In this document: positions 48,501 to 60,990 of the stretch, in pieces
Layout of the letters: each line of letters starts with the position of its first letter
Numbering within the stretch: the stretch's first letter is position 1
DNA from: Trichormus sp. ATA11-4-KO1
GTDB lineage: Bacteria; Cyanobacteriota; Cyanobacteriia; Cyanobacteriales; Nostocaceae
Direction: 5' to 3'
DNA length: 64,000 nucleotides
Assembly: GCA_019358915.1 (NCBI GenBank)
Contig: JAHHIM010000010.1
Location: 64,001 to 128,000, forward strand
The notes under the pieces: model-generated
Seen by the model: only the letters and a program-made list of their open reading frames with translations
Told to the model about the DNA's origin: nothing
Database searches by the model: none
Program-made: the position numbers and the translations under genes

Positions 48501-50045
48501 CTATTGGCGAATCAATTGTTGAAATTGTGCCTGTTGTGGTTTAGTTGTATCCCAAGTTTGCACGTAGGGTTTTTCTGCGTCGGTAAAAGGTTCAGCTTGC
48601 TGAAGTTGTGATGTTAATAAATCAACGGTAGCATCAGCAATATCACCACGGCGCTTGACAAGACGCTCTTGCAAAACTTCTAGGGGTGCTGTGCAATAAA
48701 TAATCTGAAGAGGAATTTGGTGTTTTTCAGCTTGGGCGATCGCTTCTTGTCGGAGCTTTTGTTGGTCATATTTGGCATCTAAAATTACATTAAAACCTTG
48801 ATTAGCCAGTATAATTCCCAAATCCAATAACCGTGCATAGGTTTTCTGAGTCATCGCTGGCGTGTATAAATCATCTCCACCACGTTCCCGCAGAGAAATT
48901 CCCCCTAAATGCTTTCGCACTGCATCTGAGCGAATCTGAATTGCACCCAATTGACGAGCTAAATATTTTGCTGTTGTAGACTTACCAGAACCAGACAACC
49001 CAGACATTAAAATTAATTTTCCTTGTTTGGGTTTAGTGTACTCCCATGCTTGCTTGTAATAGTCAGCCGCCGTTTTTGCTGCTTCTTCCTTGGCTGTTGC
49101 TGGCACATTGGGGTCATCTAACAAAAAAGAAGTCACCTTGGCCCGGACATAAGCTTGACGGCTTAAATACAAAGGCAGTACCTGCAATCCTTCCCAATCA
49201 CCGGTTTGCTCAACATAGGTGTTTAAAAACGCATTTCCTAAGTCTTGGCGCTGTCGCGCTTCTAAATCCATCACCGTAAATGCTACATCGTACATCACAT
49301 CGACAAAGCGAAACGGCTCATTAAATTCAATGCAGTCAAAGAGGATAATTTTGTCATGCCACAGAGCAATATTTCTCAGGTGTAAATCTCCGTGACATTC
49401 ACGAATATAGTTATTTTGAACTCTGCTAGCAAATAATTCTGGATGTGCTGCAAAAAAGTTATCTGTATATTGTTTTGTTTCTTCAAACTGTGACTGTGTT
49501 TGGGGTCCACCGATATACTTGTGAGTTTGCTGGTAATTTTCATCAATTGCCGCCCGTACTTGCGGCACTTCGCCAAAACTGCGAATATAATCATTAATTG
49601 CAGCTTTAGCATGGTATTCAGCTACTACCTGCCCCAACTCTTCTAGATGAGCTTCAGTTAATTTACCTTGCTCAAATAATGTGGTGAACAGCAATTCTTG
49701 AGGAAACTGGCGCATTTTCAGCACATATTCTACAGCTTCTCCTGTTCCTCCTAAATGATATTGCTCACCGACAAAAGTCACAGGCAAAACTTCCAAATAC
49801 AGTTCAGCTGCTCCGCGTTGATTTAAACGCAACTCTTCCTGACAAAAATGTTGCCGTTTCGCTAAGGTAGAAAAATCCAAAAAGCCAAAATTCACCGATT
49901 TTTTTAGCTTATAGGCGTAATCTCCTGTAAGTAGCACATAAGAAACATGAGTTTGAATGAGTTGAATTGGTTCAGTTACTGCATGAGGATAAAATCCAGG
50001 CTGCAACATGTGCTGAATTAAAACTGAAAGATTGACTTCTGTCAT
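48501..50045 (-). CDS. Aminoglycoside-phosphotransferase-like / P-loop kinase (AAA_33) fusion protein
   Basis: QTHVS, ECHGDLHL and FDCIEF motifs, then GLSGSGKS and RSDAVRK. Confidence 0.88.
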   Translation of the reverse strand: MTEVNLSVLIQHMLQPGFYPHAVTEPIQLIQTHVSYVLLTGDYAYKLKKSVNFGFLDFSTLAKRQHFCQEELRLNQRGAAELYLEVLPVTFVGEQYHLGGTGEAVEYVLKMRQFPQELLFTTLFEQGKLTEAHLEELGQVVAEYHAKAAINDYIRSFGEVPQVRAAIDENYQQTHKYIGGPQTQSQFEETKQYTDNFFAAHPELFASRVQNNYIRECHGDLHLRNIALWHDKIILFDCIEFNEPFRFVDVMYDVAFTVMDLEARQRQDLGNAFLNTYVEQTGDWEGLQVLPLYLSRQAYVRAKVTSFLLDDPNVPATAKEEAAKTAADYYKQAWEYTKPKQGKLILMSGLSGSGKSTTAKYLARQLGAIQIRSDAVRKHLGGISLRERGGDDLYTPAMTQKTYARLLDLGIILANQGFNVILDAKYDQQKLRQEAIAQAEKHQIPLQIIYCTAPLEVLQERLVKRRGDIADATVDLLTSQLQQAEPFTDAEKPYVQTWDTTKPQQAQFQQLIRQ

Positions 50046-50169
50046 AAAAGTTTTGGATGAGATACTTACAGAAAAGGCAAAATTATAAATTACGTATCTT
50101 TAAAGCGTATCGTTAAAGCGTAAAGCTCTGACGGGCATGGCTACGCTTTAGTCGTTGATAGCTTAACAA

Positions 50170-50195
50170 AAAACCAGGGTTTAACCCCTGGTTTT
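50170..50195 (-). terminator. Rho-independent terminator after rplY
   Basis: AAAACCAGGG-TTTAAC-CCCTGGTTTT hairpin followed by a T-run on the minus strand. Confidence 0.7.
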
Positions 50196-50249
50196 AACAG
50201 CAATGATCACAAAGTTTAAGTGACAATAAAGACAAAATATGCGCTTGTA

Positions 50250-50549
50250 TTAGCCTTTAGCAAAGGCAAAAAAGCTCAGGTGATAGGGCGTACCCTTAGC
50301 TGGATGGATCTGAACTTCTCGTAGTACAGTTGTACCACTCCACTCAAGTTCAGGAATATTCAATTCAATCTCTGTTTTGTTAACAGCAGCCCTTTTGAGC
50401 AGGCGCTCAACGGTTTTTGCGTCAACTACTAGAGAAATTGATTCGGTACCTTTGTGACCGTACAAGTTAGCAGGAATAAGACCAGAACGGCGCAAAGCAT
50501 TTGGCTTGCTACCTTCTGGGCGCTTTTGAGATTCGACTGTAATAGCCAT
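50250..50549 (-). CDS. rplY: 50S ribosomal protein L25
   Basis: [14 protein letters not shown] and EVQIHP...HLSF motifs. Confidence 0.93.
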   Translation of the reverse strand: MAITVESQKRPEGSKPNALRRSGLIPANLYGHKGTESISLVVDAKTVERLLKRAAVNKTEIELNIPELEWSGTTVLREVQIHPAKGTPYHLSFFAFAKG

Positions 50550-50615
50550 ATAAGTTATCAGTTGTCAGTTATCAGTTGTTTGTGTTTTCTTCGCGGGCTA
50601 CTGAAACCCAAATAC

Positions 50616-51974
<1,359 letters not shown>

Positions 51975-52176
51975 TTATGAGCTAAAGTTTCCACAAATTA
52001 TAATTATCAACATATTTTGCGATTTTTGTCAAGTAATTTAGATAATCACGAATTTTGTTACCAAAAATAGGCAGGCGATCGCTACACATATAGTTGTTAA
52101 TTCACAGGATAAACAAGCCAATATTTAAATATAACTAAAATGCTTTGCTAAAACCCTACAGGAGTTAAGAATTATC

Positions 52177-52812
52177 ATGATAGCTGTTAAAAATAGAGCC
52201 GATAGAGTGGTACTTTACAACATTAGCTGGCAACAGTTTGAAAACCTTTTGCAAGATTTGGGAGAATCCCGTGCAGCAAGAATAGCTTATGATTGCGGAA
52301 CTTTGGAAATTATGACACCTTTACCAGAACACGAATATTATAAAAAAACTATCAGCATTGCTATTGAAGACATAGCTTTAGAATTAGATTTAAAATATGA
52401 AAGTTATGGTTCAACTACCTGGAAACGAGAAAGCCGCATGGTTGGTTTAGAACCGGATGATTGTTTTTATTTTCAAAATGAAGCAGCAATTAGGGGAAGA
52501 CTAGATTTAGATTTAAACCAAGACCCGCCGCCAGATTTAGCGTTAGAAATTGACGTTACTAGTAAATCTTTAAATCGGTTTCCTATTTATGCGCGGTTGG
52601 GTGTTCCTGAAATTTGGTGTTATGACACTGGAGAATTAAGAATTTATCTATTGCAAAATGGCGAATATATAGAATCTGAAACAAGTTTAGTTTTTTCTGG
52701 TTTACCGATTCGAGAATTACCAAGGTTGATTGAAACTCATCGCAATGATGGGAGAAGGGTAATGAGAAAAGCTGTAAAAGAATGGGTGAGACGTTTTGGA
52801 GAAAATTTCTAA
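52177..52812 (+). CDS. Uma2 family endonuclease-fold protein
   Basis: LEIMTPLPEHE, EPDDCFY, PPPDLALEID and LGVPEIW motifs. Confidence 0.9.
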   Translation: MIAVKNRADRVVLYNISWQQFENLLQDLGESRAARIAYDCGTLEIMTPLPEHEYYKKTISIAIEDIALELDLKYESYGSTTWKRESRMVGLEPDDCFYFQNEAAIRGRLDLDLNQDPPPDLALEIDVTSKSLNRFPIYARLGVPEIWCYDTGELRIYLLQNGEYIESETSLVFSGLPIRELPRLIETHRNDGRRVMRKAVKEWVRRFGENF

Positions 52813-52899
52813 TAATCAATAATATGAGATAGAACTCCAATGTATAAATTAACGGTTTGGTGGCTAGAACCGAAGAAAATAGCAATTTACTCTATACTT

Positions 52900-53376
52900 A
52901 TGACGAATATTATTATTTCTAATCTTGATGATGAAATCAAATCTCGTCTCCAAAAACGAGCCGAAAAACACGGACGTTCCTTAGAAGAAGAAGCCAAAGA
53001 AATTCTCTATCTTGTTCTAGCAGAAAATCACGAACCTCCCTTGAATCTAGCTACGCTCATTGAACAGCGTTTTGCAAATTTTGAAGATTTTGAATTACCT
53101 GAAATTCTCTATGGTATCGCCTTACTTCCTGGAGGAAAAAGACGAGATGAACTTAGTCAAGCAGCACAATTGATGTTTTCTGAAGATTTTGCTGGACGTG
53201 TTCTTCCCCTTGACCAACTTGCTGCTGTAAGAGGGTTTAATAGGGTTTTTGCGTCAGTCCCTTATATTTTTGCCAAATTGGGATGCTCCCAGGAACTAGG
53301 GACTAGTATATTTTACTCAGCACTCAGCACTCAGCACTTTTTCAAGTTAGGTAAGGCAGATAGATTTTTTATTTAA
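52900..53376 (+). pseudogene. FitA-like RHH antitoxin fused in frame to an internal fragment of a FitB/VapC PIN toxin
   Basis: NLDDEIKSRLQKRAEKHGRSLEEE followed directly by EILYGIALLPGGKRR...FAGRVLP; the tail is repeat-derived. Confidence 0.72.
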
Positions 53377-53421
53377 AACTTTTGTTACAATTAGTGAAAT
53401 TTTTATTTACAAAATATCACT

Positions 53422-54465
53422 ATGGCTTTATATGCGGAGTTACATAGACACCTGGGGGGTTCCGTTGTTCCCCGTGTGTTGTGGCGATACTTTGAGCGCC
53501 ATGCTACTGATTTAATTGCTCGTTTTGCTGAATATTCAGAATTTGAAGACTTTTATACCCGTCCTCGTAATACTTTAGATGAGTATCTAGAATTACACAC
53601 CTTAGTAGAAAGTGTACAAACTGTAGAAACCTTACCTTACTTTATTTATCGCCTGTTGCGAGGAGCTTATATTTTTGAAAATCTGGCTTATTTAGAACTG
53701 CGCTATACACCATATTTACGGACACCTGAGCATCTAAGTCAAACTGAGAGAATTGACAAGATGGCGGAAATTGTCGAGGTGGTAGGCAAAGCTAGTCACT
53801 TACCGGAATATCCTATTATCACTAGCCAAATTCTCTGTATGCACTCGCGCTTACCTTATGAGGTGAATCAGGCAATTATTGATTTGGCAGCGCAAAATAA
53901 ACAGTATGTTTGTGGGATAGATGTAGCTGGGGGCGATCGCTATTATGCTGAACGTTTAGAAGAATGGATTAGCTTGTATGAGTATGGGCGATCGCTTGGC
54001 ATTAATACAACAGGACACCTCTACGAAACCACAGATGGTTGTTACCCCAAACTATTACCTTACCTGATGCGAATTGGTCATGGTATCCAAATTCCTTTGT
54101 TATCTCCAGAGTTACTTAAAGAAGTAGCTAGACGGGGACAGTGTTTGGAAGTTTGTCCCACAACTTACCTGAAGACAGGAACTTTACAGGATATCCGTCA
54201 ATTGAAATTGGTTTTTGACCGTTGTTTTGAAGTTGGGGTAGATATTGCTATTTGTACTGATAACGCTGGGTTGCATAATATGCGTCTGCCGTTTGAGTAC
54301 GAAAACCTTTTGACTTACGACATTATTAACTTTGAACAGTTACAAGCTTGTCAAAATGCAGCTTTCCGTCATGCTTTTGCTTGGCCTCACAATCAACCTC
54401 CTGCATCTCTATTGAACAAATTACTGAAACCTGAACTGCCTAAAGTTTTGGTAATGACAGAGTAG
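53422..54465 (+). CDS. add: Adenosine deaminase family protein
   Basis: ELHRHLGGS, GHLYE, RIGHG, LEVCPT and TDN motifs. Confidence 0.88.
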   Translation: MALYAELHRHLGGSVVPRVLWRYFERHATDLIARFAEYSEFEDFYTRPRNTLDEYLELHTLVESVQTVETLPYFIYRLLRGAYIFENLAYLELRYTPYLRTPEHLSQTERIDKMAEIVEVVGKASHLPEYPIITSQILCMHSRLPYEVNQAIIDLAAQNKQYVCGIDVAGGDRYYAERLEEWISLYEYGRSLGINTTGHLYETTDGCYPKLLPYLMRIGHGIQIPLLSPELLKEVARRGQCLEVCPTTYLKTGTLQDIRQLKLVFDRCFEVGVDIAICTDNAGLHNMRLPFEYENLLTYDIINFEQLQACQNAAFRHAFAWPHNQPPASLLNKLLKPELPKVLVMTE

Positions 54466-54876
54466 TTGCAAAAATTAAATTACAGCACTTTGTCAGGAAA
54501 TGAAGTACAAGCCTAAAATTATAATCCTTGTGGGGTAGGCATCTTGCCTGCCCTTGCATACCTGATTTATATGAAATGTGCTGTATTTTCTTTTGTGGGG
54601 TGGGAATACCTATCCCACAGAGAAATTTTAGGCGTTGCTGATTGAAAATATGAATTGGTCTCACACTAGCAATTTATGCCTAAAAATTGTATTTGCTACC
54701 ACAATTACCAAGTTTTTGAATCTGTAGACCAATGATTGACTGAAAAGACACCTCTTCAATACACTGCAACTAACGTTGAGTTTGTCGTTTTTGAAAGTTA
54801 GGCTACTTGTTTCTTCAATATGAATCTAGCTATTGCTAGATGCTGTAATTTACTCAAAAGCTGTAATCTACTAACT

Positions 54877-56232
54877 ATGGAGCCGAGAGATTTACCTGTG
54901 GATGTCATATTAAAGCGATCGCACGAATTAAAACAAGCCTTGGTCGATTTTGTCCTGGATGCAGAAGGCGAACTAGCAGCAGCATTGGAAACCTATGCAG
55001 CAGTAAAGTTACGCCGTGGCAGTGGTGATAGTACACACCAAGATTTAATTGTTGATAGCTTTCTTGTCGAAGGGCAAGTTGGTAATCAGTCTCCCCTAGA
55101 GTTGTTTATTGACAGCCATCAAGATTTATCAGAGAGCGATCGCAATTTAATCAACAACTGGCATCGTAGTTTTATTGGCTTATTTGCCATCACCAGCATC
55201 TTACCTGATGGCTTTGAGTTAATGAACTGGCTTACAGATAAACGCTACATTGTCAAGTCCAATAATCCGCAAACATTACAAACATTATCGCGGTTAAAAG
55301 TCGGAGAAATCTTGCTCACTCGCATTTCTCCTGTTAACAGTAGCTACTGGATGTTTTCTGGTCCCCATACACTAATGGGTAAATTGGGTAAGCCAAAACT
55401 TGCTGTAGCAATTGGTAATTTTAAAGAAAATTATAAAAATAATCTTTATAGTGATGCGCCTGATTTATTAGAAGAAGCTTGGAAATCAGTAGAAAAATAT
55501 CATCAGCAATTTGTTGATTTTTTTGGTAGCGATGAAATTACATTACCAGGATATCAACTTAATAAAAAAATAGCTGAATTTCAAGAGTTACTCACTGAGC
55601 AAAATTTAGCGGCTGCGGGAATTGATTCGTCTAAGTCTTTGGCAGAAATAGCAGAAGAAGCTGGGGTTAGCGAAGAAGAAATACAAACAGCAGCAGCAGA
55701 AGTTGGTGCAGATTCAAAGGTAGTTTCTCAGCTTTTTAAAGGTGATAGTGGCAATGGTAAAAGCAAAATGGTAATGCCAAAAGTTGATTTACCTGCCGAA
55801 CTCAAAAAAGCAGAACAGGTAACGGCTATTTCCCATCCGCGTTGGGGACAAATGTTTGTACAAACATATATTAGAATGCAAGAAATTCTATCATCTGAAG
55901 ATGGGCAAAATATTGCAGGCAATGAAAAATTAATTCGCCACTATCTAGAAGATAAAAGTATTAATGCCTTTATTTGGCATCGGTTAGCCGAAAAATATCC
56001 AACTCAGCTAGAAAAGGTATTACAAAATTTTCTACAACGTCCAGAATTTAGCCTGAAAACTGACTTGGATTCCCTTTTACAAGAATTCGATAAACCTACA
56101 GAGCCAGATTTACCAGAAATCGCCAGTGTACCTATACATCTGCACAATTTATTTCAAGAAGCCATCACAGAAGTAAACAAATCAAAACCCAAAGGTAAGG
56201 GACAGAAAAAGTCTGCAAAGGGCTTTAAATGA
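54877..56232 (+). CDS. Conserved hypothetical protein
   Basis: Long ORF with a Lys-rich KGF-type C-terminus; start could also be GTG at 54898. Confidence 0.75.
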   Translation: MEPRDLPVDVILKRSHELKQALVDFVLDAEGELAAALETYAAVKLRRGSGDSTHQDLIVDSFLVEGQVGNQSPLELFIDSHQDLSESDRNLINNWHRSFIGLFAITSILPDGFELMNWLTDKRYIVKSNNPQTLQTLSRLKVGEILLTRISPVNSSYWMFSGPHTLMGKLGKPKLAVAIGNFKENYKNNLYSDAPDLLEEAWKSVEKYHQQFVDFFGSDEITLPGYQLNKKIAEFQELLTEQNLAAAGIDSSKSLAEIAEEAGVSEEEIQTAAAEVGADSKVVSQLFKGDSGNGKSKMVMPKVDLPAELKKAEQVTAISHPRWGQMFVQTYIRMQEILSSEDGQNIAGNEKLIRHYLEDKSINAFIWHRLAEKYPTQLEKVLQNFLQRPEFSLKTDLDSLLQEFDKPTEPDLPEIASVPIHLHNLFQEAITEVNKSKPKGKGQKKSAKGFK

Positions 56233-56487
56233 AGGTAATCATTTAGCTACTCTTGAAATTACTAAATTAATTACTATTAACTGTTGGATAGCAATTAAGC
56301 AAAAATATAGTAATCCTTCAATCTCCTACTATCATAGTAAAAAGTTAGCAATTCGCCAGTATTTATTATGCCAAACTATTAATTAAAATTTGAAATCTAC
56401 TATTACATTAGAGTTAAAATCTCTAAACCGTATAAAACTAATGCTTTGGTTCTATGAGCAGGCGTTTCCAGCTTTTTATCACAAGTT

Positions 56488-57240
56488 CTATATATAAAGG
56501 TCATTAGTTAATACTGAGGCAAGGTGAGCAGGACGAGACAAGTGTGGGCAATGACCTCCAGGCATCTCTATGGCATTAACTCCCAAGCGCTTACGTGCAG
56601 CGTAGCGTGACCATGCAGGAGAGATTATTCGGTCATCAGTACAAACAATATATTTACACTCTATATTTGGTAAAGAATTCAGGGGATTAACCTCGAAAAT
56701 ATATGCCATTGATTGCTGCAAACGTCCTTTTGAGAGTGCCCAACGCATTACATCCGGTTGACAATCGTGATAGAAAAACTCCATCAATACTGCTTCATCT
56801 GAAAAGTTTTTACCAGCAGACACTGGATTAAACATATCAGGTTCATCATAAAATTGTTCAAGTCGTCTTGGCTCTTTTGGTTCGTAATTTAATGATTTGA
56901 GGCTATCAACATCGAGATTATGAGAAAATTGGTCAAGTGTACTGGTTTCTGGGTATGGAATAAGCGCAGTAAGGAATACTAGTTGACGTACTTGATGCGC
57001 TTCTGCAACCAGGGGAATCACAGTACCAGCCATTGAGTGGCCAACCAGCACAATATCATCATCAGTTTTTGGTAGCGCTTGAAATACTACATCTGCAAAT
57101 TGCGATAAACTTGCAGATACATCTTCAATTGGCAAATCCATTGCTACTGTTTTATGACCTTGCGCTTCTAAGTAAGGAATTAACAAATCCCAACACCAAG
57201 CACCTTGGAAGGCACCATGAACTAGACAAAAAAGACTCAT
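56488..57240 (-). CDS. Alpha/beta hydrolase (esterase, SABP2/methylesterase-like)
   Basis: LVHGAFQGAWCW, GHSMAG, DRII and GHCP motifs. Confidence 0.9.
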   Translation of the reverse strand: MSLFCLVHGAFQGAWCWDLLIPYLEAQGHKTVAMDLPIEDVSASLSQFADVVFQALPKTDDDIVLVGHSMAGTVIPLVAEAHQVRQLVFLTALIPYPETSTLDQFSHNLDVDSLKSLNYEPKEPRRLEQFYDEPDMFNPVSAGKNFSDEAVLMEFFYHDCQPDVMRWALSKGRLQQSMAYIFEVNPLNSLPNIECKYIVCTDDRIISPAWSRYAARKRLGVNAIEMPGGHCPHLSRPAHLASVLTNDLYI

Positions 57241-57367
57241 AGGATTTTAGGCTTTCCGAATTGTGCTTGACTTCTAGTTTAGATTTTGCACCACTGTTTG
57301 AGTTTTAATTAATAATTTAGCTTAACAGAGACTGAAGTCTACAAAATTAGGGAGTATCATCAAAAAA

Positions 57368-59275
57368 ATGGTGCGATTAAAACTGTGGCAATGGGTAGTA
57401 TTAGCAATTCCCATCGCCATCATCATTACCTTCTTACTAATATCCGCAGGGATGCAGATTCATACCTGGGGTATTAATTGGATATGGGGTGTGTTTACCC
57501 TGGTATTTGTGGGTTGGCGTTGGCTGCTGGTGAAATGGACTCAACCTGCAATCAAGCAGGTAGAAGCAGTGATGACAGAAGTCAAAGAAGAACTGGAATC
57601 AGCCGCAGATAATACAGCAGGAAGCGACACTACAAAGCAAGCAGAAATTGCACTGCAAAATATTCTCCAAGCAGCACAAAACGATCGCCCGATTTGGGAA
57701 GATTGGCAAACTTTTTGGACACGATGCCAAGATTTAGTCACAGTGATCGCTCATATCTACTATCCTGAAGTTCAATATCCCCTGTTAAACATTTACATAC
57801 CCCAGGCTTATGGGTTGATTCGGGGAACTGTGGATGACTTAGATCAATGGATGCAAAAGTTATCACCGGCTCTTAATCAAGTCACCGTTGGGCAAGCTTA
57901 CCAAGCATACGAAGTTTATCGGCAACTAGAGCCATCCGCTCGTAAATTATGGCAAGCCTGGAACTTTGCGCAGTGGCTGTTGAATCCTGTAGCAGCAGTG
58001 GCAAACCGAGCTACCAAGGGTTACAGTAACCGCGCAACTCAGCAGTTATTAGTCAATTTGGGTCAATTGTTGCGAGAAAATGCTCTCAGAAATTTATGCC
58101 GTCAGGCGATCGCGCTTTATAGTGGTACTACACTGCCAATGTCAGCATCTGCAATTTCTCCGCCGACGCTACCCAAAGCGAAAACTCAAAATCTCCGAGA
58201 AATCCTCGCGCAAGCAGAAACACCAGAGGCAGTTGCACAAAAACCCGTCAATATTTTACTGGTAGGGCGGACTGGTTCTGGTAAAAGCAGTTTGATTAAC
58301 ACTTTATTTCAAGCTGATTTGGCAGCCGTGGATGTTTTGCCCAGCACTGATCAAATTCAAAATTACCAATGGCAATCTTCAACCGGGGAAACTTTAAATC
58401 TTTGGGATACACCAGGTTATGAACAAGTGAACGGTGGCGATCTGCGAAACTTGGTGCTTGACTATGCTATCAACGCAGATTTACTGCTGTTAGTTACTCC
58501 TGCCCTTGATCCTGCCCTACAGATGGATGTAGATTTTTTAGAAGATATGCTGGCGGCAGTTGCAGACTTACCAGCAATCGCATCTGTCACCCAAGTAGAT
58601 CGTCTGCGTCCGATTCGTGAGTGGCAACCGCCTTATGATTGGGAATGGGGCGACAGGCCCAAGGAAATTGCTATTCGGGAAGCTACCCAGTACCGCGCTC
58701 AGCTTTTGGATAAATTCTGTCATCTGGTTTTACCAATTGTTACCAGTGATGTGAAAACAGGTCGAATTGCCTGGGGAGTAGAAGGGTTATCTTTAGCATT
58801 ATTACAAGCGATCGCTCCTGCCAAACAACTCAGACTAGCCCGCTTTTTGCGTAACTTGGAAGCCCGTACAGTCGCCACTGCCAAAATCATTGACCACTAC
58901 ACTTTCCAGATGGCGACAACTCAGGGACTAACTGCATTACTTAAAAGTCCTGTGCTTCAGTTTATTTCTACCTTATCAACGGGTTCTCCAACTCTGGCAT
59001 ATCTGCTGGCAGAACAAATCCCCGTGGAACAGCTACCAATTGTGATTGGTAAACTCCAGATGGCCTACGATTTGTTTTCACTTTTAAATACCAATAATGT
59101 TAACCCGTTTAACTTTGATTTACTATCTCTCTGGCCATTACTGCTAGAAAACTCAGCCTCTCCTGACCGCAACGCCTGGGCTTTTGGTCACGCTTTAGTA
59201 GAGTATTGGACTCAGAATTTGACTGTTGAACAACTACGGGAACGGTTTGCTCACTATTTGCAGCAGGATAAATAA
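57368..59275 (+). CDS. Membrane-anchored GTPase family protein
   Basis: Two N-terminal TMs; G1 GRTGSGKS, G3 DTPG, G4-like TQVD. Confidence 0.85.
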   Translation: MVRLKLWQWVVLAIPIAIIITFLLISAGMQIHTWGINWIWGVFTLVFVGWRWLLVKWTQPAIKQVEAVMTEVKEELESAADNTAGSDTTKQAEIALQNILQAAQNDRPIWEDWQTFWTRCQDLVTVIAHIYYPEVQYPLLNIYIPQAYGLIRGTVDDLDQWMQKLSPALNQVTVGQAYQAYEVYRQLEPSARKLWQAWNFAQWLLNPVAAVANRATKGYSNRATQQLLVNLGQLLRENALRNLCRQAIALYSGTTLPMSASAISPPTLPKAKTQNLREILAQAETPEAVAQKPVNILLVGRTGSGKSSLINTLFQADLAAVDVLPSTDQIQNYQWQSSTGETLNLWDTPGYEQVNGGDLRNLVLDYAINADLLLLVTPALDPALQMDVDFLEDMLAAVADLPAIASVTQVDRLRPIREWQPPYDWEWGDRPKEIAIREATQYRAQLLDKFCHLVLPIVTSDVKTGRIAWGVEGLSLALLQAIAPAKQLRLARFLRNLEARTVATAKIIDHYTFQMATTQGLTALLKSPVLQFISTLSTGSPTLAYLLAEQIPVEQLPIVIGKLQMAYDLFSLLNTNNVNPFNFDLLSLWPLLLENSASPDRNAWAFGHALVEYWTQNLTVEQLRERFAHYLQQDK

Positions 59276-59394
59276 AGAGGCTACAAGATGACATGCAATC
59301 GAAAATGTCCGTAGCCCCTTTTGCTCATCAATACCATCTAGATTGCTCAGTGCGGTTTTCTATTTGGTAAAGTCGATCCCTGAAAGTTCAACAA

Positions 59395-60990
59395 TTAAGC
59401 TTGCTGTACTTCTGGATTACCATCTTCAACCACAAATGTAGCCCGCTTACTCAGCGTACCAAAAGGAGTTGTGACGTTGGACATCACCATATAATCTGTC
59501 TTCCAGTTTGTGGGAGTCAATGAACAGCGAACATACCCCCGTTGACCGTTGTAAAACTTAATGTGTGGGTTATCGGGTAAATAAGCTGCAACTGTGGGGC
59601 TTATATCTACCCCATCTCCACCAGAGCTAATTGAAGTACAGACAAATTCACTACCAACTGTAGCGGATTCTGGGTTATCAAAATTAGCCTTCAGATTCAT
59701 TGCCCAGTTGGAATGCACATCGCCTGCCAAGGATACTGGATTAGAGGGCTGACGCTGTTCGAGAAAATTCATCAGGCGATCGCGCGAAGCCAGATAACCA
59801 TCCCACTTATCCATACTGAAGGTTTGTCCTTCACCTGGCAGGAAGTCTCGTTGAGCAATAGGCACTTGCTGAGCTAAAATATTCCACTTAGCTTGTGAGC
59901 TATCTAAACCTTGATACAACCAACTTTCTTGTTCTTGTCCCAGAATTGTTGCTTGTGGATCAAAAACCTCTGGACAACGCTCTTTGATGCCATCACCACA
60001 AGGCTGGTCAGTGCGATACTGGCGGGTATCTAGGACATGGAATGTTGCCAAGTTACCAAAAGAAAGTCGGCGGAAAAGTTGCATATCAGGGCCAGTGGGT
60101 CGTGAGAAGGGACGCAATGGCATGTGTTCGTAGTAAGCCTGATAAGCTGCTGCTCGTCGTTCTAGAAAAATTGCTGGGTCTGCATCTGGCTCATTATCAA
60201 GTTGTGAGATGTCATTGGCGTAGTTGTTTTCCACTTCGTGGTCGTCCCAAGTGACAATCCAAGGAAACGCTGCATGAGCTGCTTGCAGATTGGGATCGGT
60301 TTTATAGAGGGCGTGACGGTTGCGGTAATCCTCCAAAGTCACAATTTTGGGACTATTGTGTTGTCTGACAGTATTGTTTCCGATTCCTCCTTCATAGATG
60401 TAGTCACCAGTATGTACCACTAAGCTGAGGTCGTCCTGAGCTAAATATTTATAGGCGGTATAGTATCCCTGCTGATAGTTCTGGCAAGAGACCACTGCAA
60501 AGTTAAATTGATTCAAGTAGCTTCCTGGTAAAGGAGCTGTACGAGTGCGACCAATAGGGCTAGCCTCTCTGCCTACAATAAATTGATACCAATACCAAGT
60601 ATTAGGTTCGAGTCCTTCAACTACAACTCGAATTGAATGCGCCAGTTCTGGAGTTGCAAACTCGCTACCCCGGGCCACAATCCTTCTCATTTTGGGATCA
60701 GTTGCCACTCGCCAGCGAACAGGCACATTAACAGGTGGCATTCCTCCTCCATTTAAAGGTTCGGGCGCTAGACGAGTCCAGAGGACTACGCTAGTAGCAT
60801 AGGGTTCACCCGATGCCACACCGAGTTTAAAAGGATAATCAGAAAATCTGCCTGTAGCGATCGCTCGTTGATGGGAAAATTGGCTGGTGACCGCTAACCC
60901 AGTAAATGCTCCTGCCCCAATAATTAAGTTACGTCGTTTGATGCGATTACGCAAAAACTGCTCAAAGTTTAAATAATCTGCCATTGTCAT
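59395..60990 (-). CDS. phoD: Alkaline phosphatase D (Tat-exported)
   Basis: KRRNLI Tat signal; GVASG, GDYIYE, WDDHE, LDTRQYR and GDVH motifs. Confidence 0.94.
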   Translation of the reverse strand: MTMADYLNFEQFLRNRIKRRNLIIGAGAFTGLAVTSQFSHQRAIATGRFSDYPFKLGVASGEPYATSVVLWTRLAPEPLNGGGMPPVNVPVRWRVATDPKMRRIVARGSEFATPELAHSIRVVVEGLEPNTWYWYQFIVGREASPIGRTRTAPLPGSYLNQFNFAVVSCQNYQQGYYTAYKYLAQDDLSLVVHTGDYIYEGGIGNNTVRQHNSPKIVTLEDYRNRHALYKTDPNLQAAHAAFPWIVTWDDHEVENNYANDISQLDNEPDADPAIFLERRAAAYQAYYEHMPLRPFSRPTGPDMQLFRRLSFGNLATFHVLDTRQYRTDQPCGDGIKERCPEVFDPQATILGQEQESWLYQGLDSSQAKWNILAQQVPIAQRDFLPGEGQTFSMDKWDGYLASRDRLMNFLEQRQPSNPVSLAGDVHSNWAMNLKANFDNPESATVGSEFVCTSISSGGDGVDISPTVAAYLPDNPHIKFYNGQRGYVRCSLTPTNWKTDYMVMSNVTTPFGTLSKRATFVVEDGNPEVQQA

